64,000 nt of DNA from NCBI GenBank assembly GCA_965112735.1, contig OZ218958.1, positions 2,542,001-2,606,000 on the forward strand, written 5' to 3'. The stretch comes from Phaeosaccion multiseriatum (lineage: Eukaryota > Protista > Ochrophyta, other classes). Positions 33,601 to 59,248 of this stretch are shown here, piece by piece. The notes under the pieces are model-generated. The model was not told where the DNA came from and ran no database searches. It saw only the letters and a list, made by a program, of their open reading frames with translations. Position 1 is the first letter of the stretch. Each line of letters begins with the position of its first letter. Position numbers and translations under genes: made by a program.

Positions 33601-35620
33601 TTCACTCACTCACCCACTCCCTCACTCACTCACCCTCGCATCCTCGGCCTCTTCCCTCGCCATTCGTGTGTCTGTCTGTGCCTGCTCCAGCAGCCGCGGC
33701 ATTCGGTCGCTACGGAGCTTCTCTGAGAGAGGAGGGGATGGCAGTGGATGGGTGGAGTGGCACCAAGGGTCAGCGCATGCACGCACGCACGCACACCCAC
33801 ACACACGCACGTGCACACTCATTCACAGACACACTCACGCACGCACGCTCACACGAGACAGGCAAAAGAACAGGTGGCGAGGGACCAACCATCCCATGCC
33901 ATCTCTCCCCCATCCGCTGCCATCCCTCCCCCCCCCTTCCATCCCTCTCCCCTTTCCCATCCACTGCCATCCCTCCCTCTCACCCGTCATGGTGTCATTC
34001 TCTGCGAGGAGGATACGATTCTCCTCCCTGAGCCTCGATAGGCTTCGGAGCGAGTCCTCGTGCTGCTGTTGTTGGACCTGCTGCTCGGACACCACCTTGG
34101 TCAGTTGAGACTTAAGGGATGGCAGTGGATGGGAGCAATGGGTAGGAGAGAGAGGAGTGAGGGGATGAGATGGTAGCGGATGGTAGTGGATGGGAGAGAA
34201 ACAAGGGGGGGGGGGGGGGAGCCCACCTACACACACACACACACACACAGTAACCAAACCCCACCCCTATACCACCAACACCCACCCCTATATCAACAAC
34301 ACCCACCCACCTGGATGTCGCTCCTCGCTGTCTGCCAAACGTTCTGCTCAGCCTTGAGTACGTCTCTCTCGCGTCGGATGGAGAGGAGCTCTGTAGCGGC
34401 CGACGCCTGCTCTGCTCGCACCACCGCGGCCTGTAGGGAGTGGATGGCAATGGATGGAGGAATGGAGGAAGGAAGGAAGGAAGGAATGGAGGGGATGGAT
34501 GGCAATGGATGGATGGCAATGGAGAGAGGACAAGGGGGCGTAAGGGGAGGGATGGCAATAGATGGAATAGAGGAGTCAAAGCAGGAAGAAGAACACCCCG
34601 TCCTCGCCGTCTCTCTAGGGGCCCTCTTTGTGGCCTTTGTAGGCCTTTGTAGGCCTTGCGCTTAGGTTGGAACATCTTACACATCAACTAGCTTAGGACC
34701 TTACTGCTGCTGCTGTTACTGCTGCTGCTGTTACTGCTGGTGCTCCTCCTGCTGCACCAACTGTTGCACCACCAACTGCTTGCTGTACCACCAACTGCTT
34801 GCTTTACCACCAACTGCTCCTACACGTACCTGCTGAGCCAGTGCGTCCCTCTCCCCCCGGAGGCCCTCCTCCCTCCTCCTCGTCTCCTCGAGAGCGCTCT
34901 TGGTCTCCTTAAGAGTCCTCTCTCCTCTCTGCAAGTCCGTCCCCACTCTCGAGAGGTGAGAGAGGAGGATCTTGCATTGAGCGTCCGCCTGGGCCCTCCT
35001 GTGAGCGTGTGTGTGGGTGGGTGGGTGTGTGTGGGCGTGGGTGTGGGTGTGTGTGTGTATGTGTGTGTGTGTGAGGGTGGGATGGGGGGGCGTTGAGTGT
35101 GTATGTGACACAAAGAGAGAGAGAGAGACAGAGAGAGAGAGAGATAGAGAGAGAGAGAGGCAGGGAGAGAGAGGCACAGAGAAAAGACATAGAGAGAGAG
35201 AAGACGAGAAGAAGGAGGAGCAGGAGCGAGATAGAGACGGGCTTACTTCGCTGACTCGCACGCAAGTTCGTCCTCCAAGTCCCCGAACCTCTCCAGTAAA
35301 CCCTCAGTGCCCCCTCGGGGAGTGCCATGATGCCCCCCTCGGGGATGACCACCACCCCCTCGAGGAGGCGTGCCGGTGCTGGCGGTAGCCGACACTGACG
35401 CTCCTCCTCCTCCTCCTCCTCCTCCTCCTCCTCCTCCTCCTCCGCCTCCGACGCCACCGCTCCCACTCCGACTGTTGAAGCTGTATCCGCCTGCTGCCAT
35501 CCGTGCCCCTCCTCCTGCTGCTGGTGCTGGTGTACCAACTGTTGCTCCTGCTCCTCCTCCTCCTCCTCCTGCTGCTGCTGCTGCTGCCATATTTACACCT
35601 TTGCCGCTGGGCGTCCCTCC

Positions 35621-35651
<31 letters not shown>

Positions 35652-38600
35652 ACGCGCTTTCCTTTGCGTGGAGGGGTGTAGAGAGGAGACGGGGCCGCTC
35701 TCGCCTGCCCTCCTCCTTCCCCTTCTCCTTCTCCTCCTCCTCCTCCTCCTCCTCTTCCTCCTCCAACGCCTATAGTTGGCGACGAAAAGTGGTCGACGAA
35801 CACATCATGCGTAGGTGACCACGCCGCTGAGGACTCCACCACCCCACCACTCCCTGCTTCTGTATCACCAACTGCTGCCGTGTCACCCCCTGCTGCAGCT
35901 GTATCATCAACTGCTGCTGCGGCATCACCAACTGCTGCTGCTGCATCACCTGCTGCTGCTGTATCACCAACTGCTGCTGCTGCATCACCACCTGCTGCTG
36001 CTGTATCACCAACTGCTGCAGCGGGACTCTCCACTTGTTGCGGCGCCGCCTCCAGCAAGGGCACAGTCGAAACCGCCGGATCCCCCTCTCCCCCGGAGGT
36101 AATAGCCGTCCCTCCTCCTCCGATCCACACCACGGGCTGCGCTAGAAGGAAGCTGGCACCTCTCCAAACACGGGTTCCCTGATGCAAAACCTGCTTCACC
36201 ACCACCCTGCGGAGACTGAAGCCGCCGCCATTGCCAGGACCTCTGGCTCCTCCTCCTCCTCCTCCTCCTCCTCCTCCTCCTCCTCCTCCTCCTCCTCCTC
36301 CTCCTCCTCCTCCTCCTCCTCCCTCCTCTGTCTGCTCCTCCTCCTCCTGCTGCTGCTGTATCACCAACTCCTTCTGTGCCTCCCTTATGTCGAGGGGGCG
36401 CACTGTGATCTCCAGGACGGGTCTTTCGGACCCTCTTTTCTTCCTCTCTCCAGCAGGAGTGGGCGAGCGGCTATCAGTCCTCGTCATCCCCGCCCCTCCC
36501 CCTCCTCCTCCCCCTTCTCCTCCCCCTCCTCCCCTCGAGCTCCCCCCTCGACTGTGGCTGAAGGAGCGCTGCGCCACTGAAACCGCCTCAGCAGCGTCAC
36601 ACGCGGCCTTCATGGTGGGTTCTGTAACGCTCTCCACAACGTACTTGAGCCTCTTGCCTCTGATGCGACTGTAGGTATTGCTCCAACGTATCACCACATG
36701 CCCACTCGCTTTGCAGCGGTAGCTCCCCTGCACCGCCACCGGGGCCGCTATACCGCCAATTGGCGGTGTATCACCAACTGCAACTGGGGTAGTTGCTGTT
36801 GATCCCGTCACCGGCACGCTGGAGTACCTCGTTTCTCGATGAACGAGCTCTCCCTTCTCCTCTTGCTCCTCCTTCTCCTCCTTCGCCTCCTGATTCTCTT
36901 TCCCATCGACCTCCTCCTTCCTCCCCTCCTTCCCCTCCTCCTTCTCCTCCTCCTCCTCCTTCTCCCCCGCCTCCTCCCCCTCCTCCTCCTTCTCCTCCCA
37001 GAGAGGCACGCCTTTCCCCCCGTCCCCCAAGGCCTCCACCGCCCGATCGGGTATGAACCGAACGGAGAAGTCAATGTCCAGACAGTCCAAGACTTGAAAC
37101 TTCCACACCAGGGACTCGCCGGCCAGCACGTCGAGCCTCTCCTCCCGGAAACCTCTGCGGGGAATGTACAAGTAACGTTGCTCGAAGGGCTGCAGCAGGA
37201 ATTCGATTGCGCTCACCGGAGAGGAGTGGAGCACTCCTCCACCATCCACCGAGGAAGAAGAGGAGGGCGAGGGCAGGGGGATGGCAGTGGATGGGATGGA
37301 GCTGGGGGGCGCGGGGCTGGTGCTATCAACGCCGGTGTTGGTGTTGATCGTCGCCTCCTTTGCCAAGGGAAAGGCGTCCGCGGTTCCCTCAGTATTGCCC
37401 CCCTGTATCCCCACGTGTTGTGGCTGCTGCTGCTGCTGCTGCTGCTGCGGCTGCTGCTGCTGCGGCTGCTCCTCACTCTCCAAGAGCTCCACAAAGCCTG
37501 CAAAGAGCGGACTCTGATGATGACAATCAGGAACAAGACGAATGGGAAAGAAAGGATACGAATACAGGAGGGGAGGAGGGAGGACGTCCCGTCAGAGAAT
37601 GGTGTTCCTGAGCCACCAAAATGGTCACAAACGCCCCTGGTCGCTCGGGTTGGGTACCATACGGTCTCGGAGAGAAGGGAAAGGGGAAAAGTCAGGGAAG
37701 AAACACTCTGTTAGACGAACTAAAAAGAGATGGTGAGGCGGTGAGACGTTTCGAACCAAGCTTAGCCAGGAGGGAAGGGACTCGCACACTCACGCACTCA
37801 CACGCAATCACACGCACTCACACGCACGTCAGACACGTGCACACGCACGCACTCACCTGGAGCACCTGCTCGATGCGCATAAGCTTCTGAAAGTACACAG
37901 TCAGCCCCGCGGCCCCCTCGGAGAGATCCGGCAGATCCGGCAGTTGCGCCTTCACCTCCTTGGAAGGGCACATTAGAGGCATATGAAGAGGCATGTTAGA
38001 GGCTTATTATCAGGGGCAGTCACGTTAGAGGCATATCAGAGCCATGTTCGAGGCATATTGGAGGATACCTCGTTGCAGCCAAACTCGTCCGTGAGGAGGA
38101 AGTAGTGAAGGCGCTGGAACTCCGCCCATGGCTTGAAGAGTCGGCACATCGGACCGGGACCGCGACTGCTGCTGGTGGTAGTGGTGGTGGTGGTGGTGGT
38201 GGTGGTGGAGGAGGAGGAGGAGGAGGAGGAGGAGGAGGAGGGGGAGGAGGAGGAGGAGGAGGAGGAGGAGGAGGAAGAGCTGCTTCCCTTACCCACACTT
38301 CCACCCTCACCGTGACCCTCACCCCCACCCCCACCCCCATCTTCACCCTTTGCCCCCCCCCCTCCACCTCCGCTGCTACCCCCCTCCACAGCACCACCCC
38401 CCTGCCCTTCCCTACCCCCCCCCTCGCGCTGGACGTGGTCAAGGCGAACAGCAGCAGGGGCAGCAGTAGAGGCAGCAGTGGTCCCCAAAGCCTTTGCCGC
38501 CCCTGCCGCCGGTGCCTGTCGGACTTCCAGTACGAACCAAGCGTCCTTCTCCGCCGGGCCCCCATTCCTACCGTACCGGGTTGGCGAGCCCTCTTCTTCT

Positions 38601-39460
38601 CCGTAAGCCCCTCCCCTTACCGCCGACCCCAGCCCCTCCAATCCAGCGTACTCATCCTCATCCTCATCCCGCCCTCTCTCTCTGCCCGCCCCGCGTATGC
38701 CGTCCGGTATGACATCCCCTTCATACCCGAGTCCTCCCCCGTCCAATTCGCGCACGACGCTCTTGACCAGAGAGGCCGCTAGCGCGATGGAGCGAGAAGA
38801 GCTTGGGGTGGTAGAACTAGCCTCTTCCTTCTCCTTCTCCTCCTTCTCCTCCTTCTCCTCCTCCTCCTCCTCCTCCTCCTCCTTCTCTTCCTCCTCCTCT
38901 TCCTCCTCTTTCTCGTCTGTCTCTTCCTCTTCCTGCTCCTCCTCCTCCTGCTGCTGCTCCTCCTCGTCTGTCTCTACCTCTTCCTGCTCATCCTCTTCCT
39001 CCCCCTCCTCCTGCCGCGAGACAGCAGCAGCAGCATCAGCCGTTAGTAGTACCGCGGCAGCAGCTTTCCTCTCCTCCTCTTGTGATGGCTCGGGTGCTTC
39101 TGGTGCTCTCACATCGGTCGCTGATTCCTCCATCTCCCCTCCTGCTGCTACTCCTGCTTCGGGTGCGCCTCCCGCTTGCGCTTGTGCTCCTCCTGTTCCT
39201 CTATGTATTGTCTCCTCTGCTGACACTGACATTTGTGCCCCCCCTTTAAGTAATTCGGATGCCGCTGGAGGTGCAGGTGGAACGCACAGGGGCGGTTCTG
39301 TCACGGCTGCTGTGGCTGCTGCTCCTGCTGCCAAAAGTGCTGAGGGCTCCGACCCGACAGGGGCAGGGGCTGAAGAGGGGAGTGGCGTGGATGACGCATT
39401 TGAGTCATCCTGTGCACCTGCTGCAGCAGAACAGTCTGGTGCTTCCTTCACTGTTCCCAT
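30682..39460 (-). CDS. Large multi-exon protein: acidic N-terminus, degenerate PX-like domain, GOLD domain, long coiled coil
   Basis: PX-like segment: WFVLEV...[10 protein letters not shown]...LPDLP...LTVYFQKLM...SPLFAGF. GOLD segment: [22 protein letters not shown]...[32 protein letters not shown]. Heptad-rich small exons lie at ~34830-35000, 34311-34430, 33984-34110, 33650-33722, 33165-33280 and 32023-32163. The 3' end is uncertain. Confidence 0.72.
32487..32890. repeat. Intronic minisatellite with core ATGCCCATATGCCTCT (variable ~22-32 bp unit)
   Basis: About 14 degenerate copies are visible. Confidence 0.9.
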
Positions 39461-39772
39461 CCGACTGCTCAAGTTACCACCACGTGTCCAGTGCGGGGAG
39501 GGAAAGCAGAGGAGGCACGCGCAAGAGAGGGAAAGGTGACACTCTCTGAACTCCGCTGTCAAAAGCAGCTTGTCACATACTCTGGAACGGGATCAAGGTC
39601 AGGAGCAGCGGGAGTACCCGCTCCTGGTCAGAAACAGCAGGATTAACCGCTCCTCTCGCCGATAGAATGGGAGATTGTGCTTTCTGCGGGAGCTTGAGCT
39701 TGCGGGAGTTTGAGGTCGAAGGTGAACCAACACGTGTACTCACAGTTGGGGGGTGAAACGCGTTTTCCAGAG

Positions 39773-39954
39773 TCGACCCCTGACACACTATCCGCTATCC
39801 GCTATCGCCGGCGCCAGCCGGCGCGCTATCCGCTATCGCCGGTGCAGCCGGCACGCTATCCGCTATCGCCGGCGCCAGCCGGCGCGCTATCCGCTATCGG
39901 CCGCGGCCGATAGCGCGCTATCGAGAATGTGGGCGATAGTGTGTCAGGGGTCGA
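39773..39954. mobile_element. 182-bp MITE-like non-autonomous DNA transposon
   Basis: Perfect 20-bp TIRs: TCGACCCCTGACACACTATC (39773-39792) and GATAGTGTGTCAGGGGTCGA (39935-39954). It is flanked by the direct repeat CCAGAG (39767-39772 and 39955-39960). The interior is ~30-bp tandem units. Confidence 0.85.
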
Positions 39955-39972
39955 CCAGAGGGGCGCACTCCG

Positions 39973-40185
39973 ATGGCCAGCACAGGAGTCTCGCTTCGCT
40001 CTGTATCAGCATCACTGAACGGCCATGAGGGGACTGTGCAGCTCTTGATTGACACCAACGCTAATGTGAACCAAGCCTCCCCTCGAGATAGGGCATCACC
40101 GCTCATGATCGCCAGTGAGCAGGGTCAAACGAGGGGGGAGAGCGGGTCCTTGAGTGACTTGTTGCAGCCAGGGCTGATGTGAAAC
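39973..40185 (+). pseudogene. Ankyrin-repeat gene fragment
   Basis: Reads ASLNGHEGTVQLLIDTNANVNQASPRDRASPLMIASEQG (about 1.5 ankyrin repeats) and then degenerates. No gene context is visible. Confidence 0.65.
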
Positions 40186-40498
40186 GGTGAAACGGTCAGC
40201 GAAGGATGTAAACACAACCTCCTCCTCCCTCGGGCCAGGCCTTGACTTTGCCTTCCACCCCCCGAAACGGAAAAGCATTTCCTCCACAAGCCCATGTCGT
40301 TGCTTGTCGTTATCGTCTTCGTCCTGGTCGTCATCACACACTCGATGGCCCTTGTACAAGGCGCACCCCGCCCTACTACTTTGCAGTCATGACGACCACT
40401 GCCAACACTACAACTAATACTCTTGCTTGTCGCCGCCCCTGCCTCCACCCTCCGCTCCTACCCGCTGCTGCCCGTCAGCCCTCCATGGGTCATGCACC

Positions 40499-41380
40499 TC
40501 ACCGCCGCCGCCTCAAGCCGCCGTAGATGAGCGGGCGAGAAGTGATGGCCATCGTAAGGAGCACCAGGCTACAAGGAAGGAAACCCATCAGAGAAGTCGA
40601 GGCGGCGCCATTCCCTGCAGGGGTTGTCCGGGGTGTAGGCGAAGGGGCTGTATCATTGGCTGTAGACGAAATGTCGCTGAGGCTCGCGCCAAAACAGGAT
40701 AAAGTCTCGTTGTCAAAGCTGAATCGGTCTCCGGAGATGCACTCGCTTTCCACCCATTGTGGGCCCCAGCTTGCGATGCAAAACTTGTCGCAAACGCGCC
40801 CACCAAGGAGCCCACTACCTCCTCCGTCCACGGACTCGACTGCCTCACATGAGCACTCCCCTCCAGCCGTACAACTTGCAAGAAGAGCGTCGGTCACATT
40901 CTCAGGAACAAGTGTGCTCATAAAAAAGGTTATGTTTTCCCATGGCGTATTGCTATTGCTCGACAGAGGTCCAAACCAGTGAACTTGAACGGGGACCTTC
41001 TCGCTCACTGGGTTCACGTAGCAAGTCTGGCCGGTAAGGTCGAGGGGGTAGCCTTCATGTGGCACATAGTCTCCAGTGCACTCAGAAAAAGAGGCACCCC
41101 CGCAGCCCCCCCACCAACCATCGAGTACGAAGTCGCCCAAGCCGTCTGGGTAGCCAAGAGGGAAGGAGTCTGGAAGATCGTCCAACCCAGTCATTGGATA
41201 TGATTCAGTCGTGTCCCTTTCTTCTTCTGGGAGACTCTGCAAATCGCGCCGACTTTGGGCCATCTTTTCATAGACCATCGCCCAAGATGTTCCCGTGAAT
41301 CTCTCCCCCGCGAACGCTGAGGAGGCCCGCTGAAAAAGAACTGCTGCGAGAGCGGGTACCAAAGAGCTCCATTGCATCAT
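40499..41380 (-). CDS. Intronless secreted or surface Cys-rich protein of unknown function with hydrophobic C-terminal anchor
   Basis: Signal peptide MMQWSSLVPALAAVLFQRASSA, about 10 Cys, a TAPSPTPRTTP stalk, then GNGAA and a hydrophobic tail (GPI- or TM-like). The sequence is complex and non-repetitive. Confidence 0.7.
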   Translation of the reverse strand: MMQWSSLVPALAAVLFQRASSAFAGERFTGTSWAMVYEKMAQSRRDLQSLPEEERDTTESYPMTGLDDLPDSFPLGYPDGLGDFVLDGWWGGCGGASFSECTGDYVPHEGYPLDLTGQTCYVNPVSEKVPVQVHWFGPLSSNSNTPWENITFFMSTLVPENVTDALLASCTAGGECSCEAVESVDGGGSGLLGGRVCDKFCIASWGPQWVESECISGDRFSFDNETLSCFGASLSDISSTANDTAPSPTPRTTPAGNGAASTSLMGFLPCSLVLLTMAITSRPLIYGGLRRRR

Positions 41381-41858
41381 TCCACCACAGCCAGCAAAAG
41401 CCTCCTTCAAGTCCTCCAACAAGGTACTTGAATGCGCACACAGCACAATGGGTTCAAAGCCAAGCAAAAATTTGGCCTGCAATCCTTTTTCTTGCAGCCA
41501 CTATGGTATGAGTTACCCTATGAGATGGAGAGGAGAGTGTGTAATTACGCCCCGCGCACCATTCTGCAGTCAATCATCACGTAGAGAAGGAGAGAAAGTT
41601 TATCACGGAATAATAAGGAATACAAGGTGGTCCTTCGGACTGCGCCGTCAGCAGGGAGGAGGAGGAGGGGAGAAGAGGGTTGGAGTTGGAAGTGGGAGAA
41701 GAAGGGAAAAAGTGAAAGTGGATCGGGTACTGAATACCGGAATATTGGAATATTGAACTTGTTGACGTGTTGGTGGCTCGGTATCACTCACAGATGGCAC
41801 CTCTTCCGGTAGTTCCCTTTTTTCTCCTCTCCCATTTGACTGGCCCCTCTCCAGACTC

Positions 41859-42922
41859 ATGCACGCAACGAGGGGTCTTTGCTTCCCTGTCTCAGCTACG
41901 GCGGCAGGAGCGGCGAAAAGAGCCGCTTTGAGGGCTGCCAGAAGGGTAGAGGGCACAGAGCCGGCAGGGGCCGCCCCTGTAGCAACACCAGCAACAGCAG
42001 AGAAAACAACCTCAGGACGACGGAGACAACGCGTGGCTCGTAGTCTGGCAGAGGCATCCAAACAGGCTGGACAGGGTGGGCCCACGCACCTCATCTTACG
42101 CGGCAGCCCCGACCTTGTGTGCAGGAACATGTGGTGCGAAAAGGTGGGGGAGGCATGCATCTGTCGCCTGGCTGCGGTGCTGGAGCGCTCCTCCTCCGAG
42201 CTGGAGGTGCTGGATGTGGCCGACAATCGCCTCAGTATGCTACCGGACTCGCTCTCCCTCTGCGGGAGCCTGCGGGAGCTCGACATTAGCGGTGCGTAAG
42301 AGATGCGACGTAAGGGAGGGGAAGCTTGTGTTGGCTGCTAAGTTCGTCCACCCATCGATAAATCAGCAGTGAAGGGGGGTGGTGAGGCGAGAACCGAGTA
42401 GTGAAGGGGGTGTTGGGCTCCGTCGGATGGAAGCTCTCTGCGAGACCACACAGGCCAGTCCAGTGTATGGCGGTTTCTTCTGTACAAGCGAGTGATAAGG
42501 CAGTAAACCGGTACTCTGTTTGGCTCGGCGCCGGCGCCGTCGAACCAAGACGGTGTGTGTTCCTTTGTCATAACATATCATCTTGCTCTTGTTCCTCTCC
42601 CCCGCCCCCCCGGCATTGTCCTACTCTTTACCCTCCCCTCCATCATCAACGGGGATGCCCCCCCGCAGGCAACTCTTTGGCAGACTTTCCCCACGGCATA
42701 GAGGCACTGACCCAGCTCCGAGTGCTGCGGGTGAGCGGAAACGGCATCGGGCGTCTGCCTGCCCAGGACGTGGCTCAGGCGCTGCCCCTTCTGGAGGAGC
42801 TGCACGTAGACGGGAATCCCTTCATCCTCAGTAGTAGCAGCAGGAGTAGGGATGGCAGCAGCAGCAGTAGCAGCACCAGCAGCACCAGCAGAAGCAGTAG
42901 GAGTAGTAACAGCAAGAGTTAG
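41859..42922 (+). CDS. Small leucine-rich-repeat protein; 2 exons (41859-42291, 42669-42922)
   Basis: LEVLDVADNRLSMLP, LRELDISG/NSLADFP, LRVLRVSGNGIGRLP, LEELHVDGNP. The GT-AG intron restores LDISGN. Confidence 0.85.
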
Positions 42923-44264
42923 GTAGTAGCAGCACCAATAGCACCAGCAGCAGCAGCAGCATTGGTGGTAGAGAGAGGTGCTGAAGGTGGAAAATGAGCA
43001 ACGGTCCGCTCTTCTTCCTCTGCTACCGAAGGTGGCGTGCAAACAATTTAGTGACAAGCCGCAGCAGCAGCACCACCACCACCACCACCAGCAGCAGCAG
43101 CAGCAGCAGTAGCACATGCAAAATCATAGCCTCACGGCGAGCGATTTGTGAGCTTATGCCCAATAGGCTTCACGCAGGGATAGCTGCAGGCGGGGCGTTG
43201 ACTTCCGACCTTCGCCAGATAGAGCAGGAGGATGCGACCGATCCTGGACCCACCCTGATACGTGAGCTGTAGGTGGTGAGGAGGGAGCGGGCGAGTAGGA
43301 TCAAGTGAGCGAGCTCTCGCGAGAGGCGCGGCAGAGGAGGGGGGCTAGCATCTGAGGAGGCTTGAGGCAGGCTCATCTCGCTTTGGGCCAGGGGGGTGGG
43401 GCGTTGAGTCCAGCATGGGCGTTTCAGGCGTTTCAGGCGTTTCAGTTGAGATGAGACCGACCTCCCTCTCTCTATACATGCACCCGCCGCCCACGCCCCG
43501 CCAGCCACCAGCAGGAGTGGCAACCGAAACGCGGCTTTCCACCATCTTGAGCCCCTCCACGTCAAGGAAGAGGGACTTAATGGGCACCCCCCGAGACAGG
43601 CAGGCATGCAAGCGCTCAACGTATTTGGCTGCTCAGGACAAAAGGCAGGGCCTTCCAGTAAACGCCTTGGAGGGAGGAAGCACGACGCCGGCCGTTTCTA
43701 TTTAGTTTTGTGACAAAAGGGAGCACGAGGGCCTTCTCGGTCGAAATGGATGGCAGAAAAGGCACGATGTATCTATCGTACTGTGCTTCCCCTGTGCTTC
43801 CCTCGTGAGCGACTGTTGGAAGAACCAAGCCAACTGTGAACAACAAGGTTCCGTCCGGCAAAAGAGGCCGTATGGGTGAGAGGATCGTACATTTAGACTC
43901 TCATGTTCTGTGGGCGCGCCTTCTGCGACCACCCTGCCTGTGATGACATGGCCTGCAAGTCGCAGTCGATCATGAAACGCTTAGCTTCCCCCCTAGGGGA
44001 CTAGGAGCACAACAAACGCTCACAATCAGATGAACAGACCGGACCAGGCAGAATAGGACATTGAACATTCATCTCTGTCGCAAGGCATCAGGACAATGGA
44101 CTCGAGGTAAGGTTGCACCACCGAGTGTCGCCATCCCATTGCTTGCTCAGCCTTCTCCCTCCGAAAGAAAGGGGGCTGGAGGGATCCCTGCCATCTGAGA
44201 ATCGCCGGAGAACCAACGCATGCGCGGTTTCGGATTTTCTGTTTTTCACCCAAAAGCATTCGCG

Positions 44265-50624
<6,360 letters not shown>

Positions 50625-50862
50625 AGTGAAGAGAAGTTTGCTCCCTCCTGTGCTTCTCTCTTTCTTTCTCTCTCTCTTTTTTCAAGGTATAAGTGTGCCT
50701 TGTTTGGTCTAAGCTTTTACTCATTCACTGGAGCCTTAAGTGCATTTACAACTAAAAGTAACTACCTTCGCCTTGATTGCACCCCGGGTTGGGGTGTGTA
50801 ACGGCTAATACGGCTGCGACACAAGAGCAAGTGCGATCGTAGAGCGATCATCCTCCTTCTCC

Positions 50863-57782
<6,920 letters not shown>

Positions 57783-58572
57783 GGCTGATCACCACAAGAG
57801 CCGCCCCAGCCTACGGGAACCGGTCTTTCTCCCTTCCTAATCTCTTTGGAGGAAAAGGTTATCTCTCTTGATCCTCTTTGGTGGGAAGTTGTTCAGCTCA
57901 TTGTACGTAACCTTTACGTAAGGATGGAATCTAACTCCCCGACTCTCTCGGGACTCTCGGCTGTCGGGTGCATTCATTACAACGGCTGTGTGTGTGTGTG
58001 TGCGTGCGCGGGCGCGTGAATAAGTCCTAATCCGGACAGTTCTGGTCTGTGACTGCCGCTCTAGGCCGTGTGGCCTTCGCTCGGACCATGGGACACCTCA
58101 TTACCTTATCAAGAGGGGCCTCGACTCCTCCCCTCACTCCCCTTTCCCGCATATTATCTTTTGTATCTCATTACGTAATGACTAAGGTATATCTCATTAC
58201 AACCATTGATTGATTGATCCACTGATCAGTGCACATTGCAGTGGGCACGCAGTCTCGCCCCGGCGCGCTGCTGTGTGCTGTGCCTCACTCCTCACTCCTC
58301 ACCTCCTCGCCTCTTTGCCGACAGTCTCCATGCTGTTGCCTCTTGTTGCTCCCACTACTACTACGAGCGCTACTACTTCTCCTACTTCACTCACTCGCTC
58401 GCTCTATCCCTCCCTCTCACTCCCTTTCCCTCTCCCTCCCCCTGTCCTTCCTTCTCCCCCTCCCACCCTCCTTCCTTCTCCCCCTCCCTCCCTCACTCCC
58501 ATCCCTCTACACTACTACTGCCGCTGCCTCTCCCGCCACCCTCTGCTCCAGCTCCGGCTTGCGAAGAGCCTG

Positions 58573-58679
58573 TTACTGCTGCTGCTGCCCAAATGGCTGA
58601 TGCTGCTGCTGCTGCTGCTGATGCCCGTATGTCTGCTGCTCATGAGGTTGCTGGTGTTGCTGCTGTAGCAGCTGCTGCA

Positions 58680-58725
<46 letters not shown>

Positions 58726-59198
58726 GTGGTACTGCTGTTGCTGGTACAACTGCAGCTGCGGCGGCGGCGGCGGCGGCGGCGGCGCCCTGTGGAAGCGCGG
58801 CTGGTGCTGCACGATGGCGTCCTCCGGCATAAGCGGAATTAGCTCCTCGGGGATGAGGCCGCTCAGCTCTGAGAGGAGGAGGACCGACACGGCAGGCATG
58901 GAAGGAGGGGGGGGAGGCAGAGAGACTTTAGACTTTATATTCGTATACAAACATGGGCTTGCCACCCCTCACTGCACACACAACAGCCGTTTCCAACTAG
59001 CCTGGTGTGCAGAACACTAGGGACAACAACCACATGTCCGCTTTTCATTCTTCACTTTCCCCTCTCTCCGCCCCCCTCCCCCTCACTCCCTCTTCCCCTC
59101 TCCCCCCCCCTCCCCCGCCCGTCCGCCCCTCCGTCTCGCCCCCTCTCCCTCCCTCTCTCCCTCCCTCCCTCTCTCCCTCTCTCCCTCTCTCTCTCTCC

Positions 59199-59248
<50 letters not shown>

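Noticed and set aside
32288-34031. 333-515 aa Cys/Leu-rich ORFs
   Set aside because: They are products of an intronic minisatellite, antisense to the GOLD gene.
39790-39925. Repeat-spacer pattern read as a mini-CRISPR
   Set aside because: The 'spacers' are near-identical 16-18 nt GC-rich sequences enclosed by TIRs and a TSD, which fits a MITE.
39772-39955. GTCGAC shared by the MITE ends and the ankyrin A units as a sign that the MITE targets the array
   Set aside because: It is only a 6-bp match explained by Val-Asp codons, and no insertion is seen in the array.
42990-44200. Complex sequence with several short ORFs
   Set aside because: No recognisable protein motif, RNA structure or repeat boundary.
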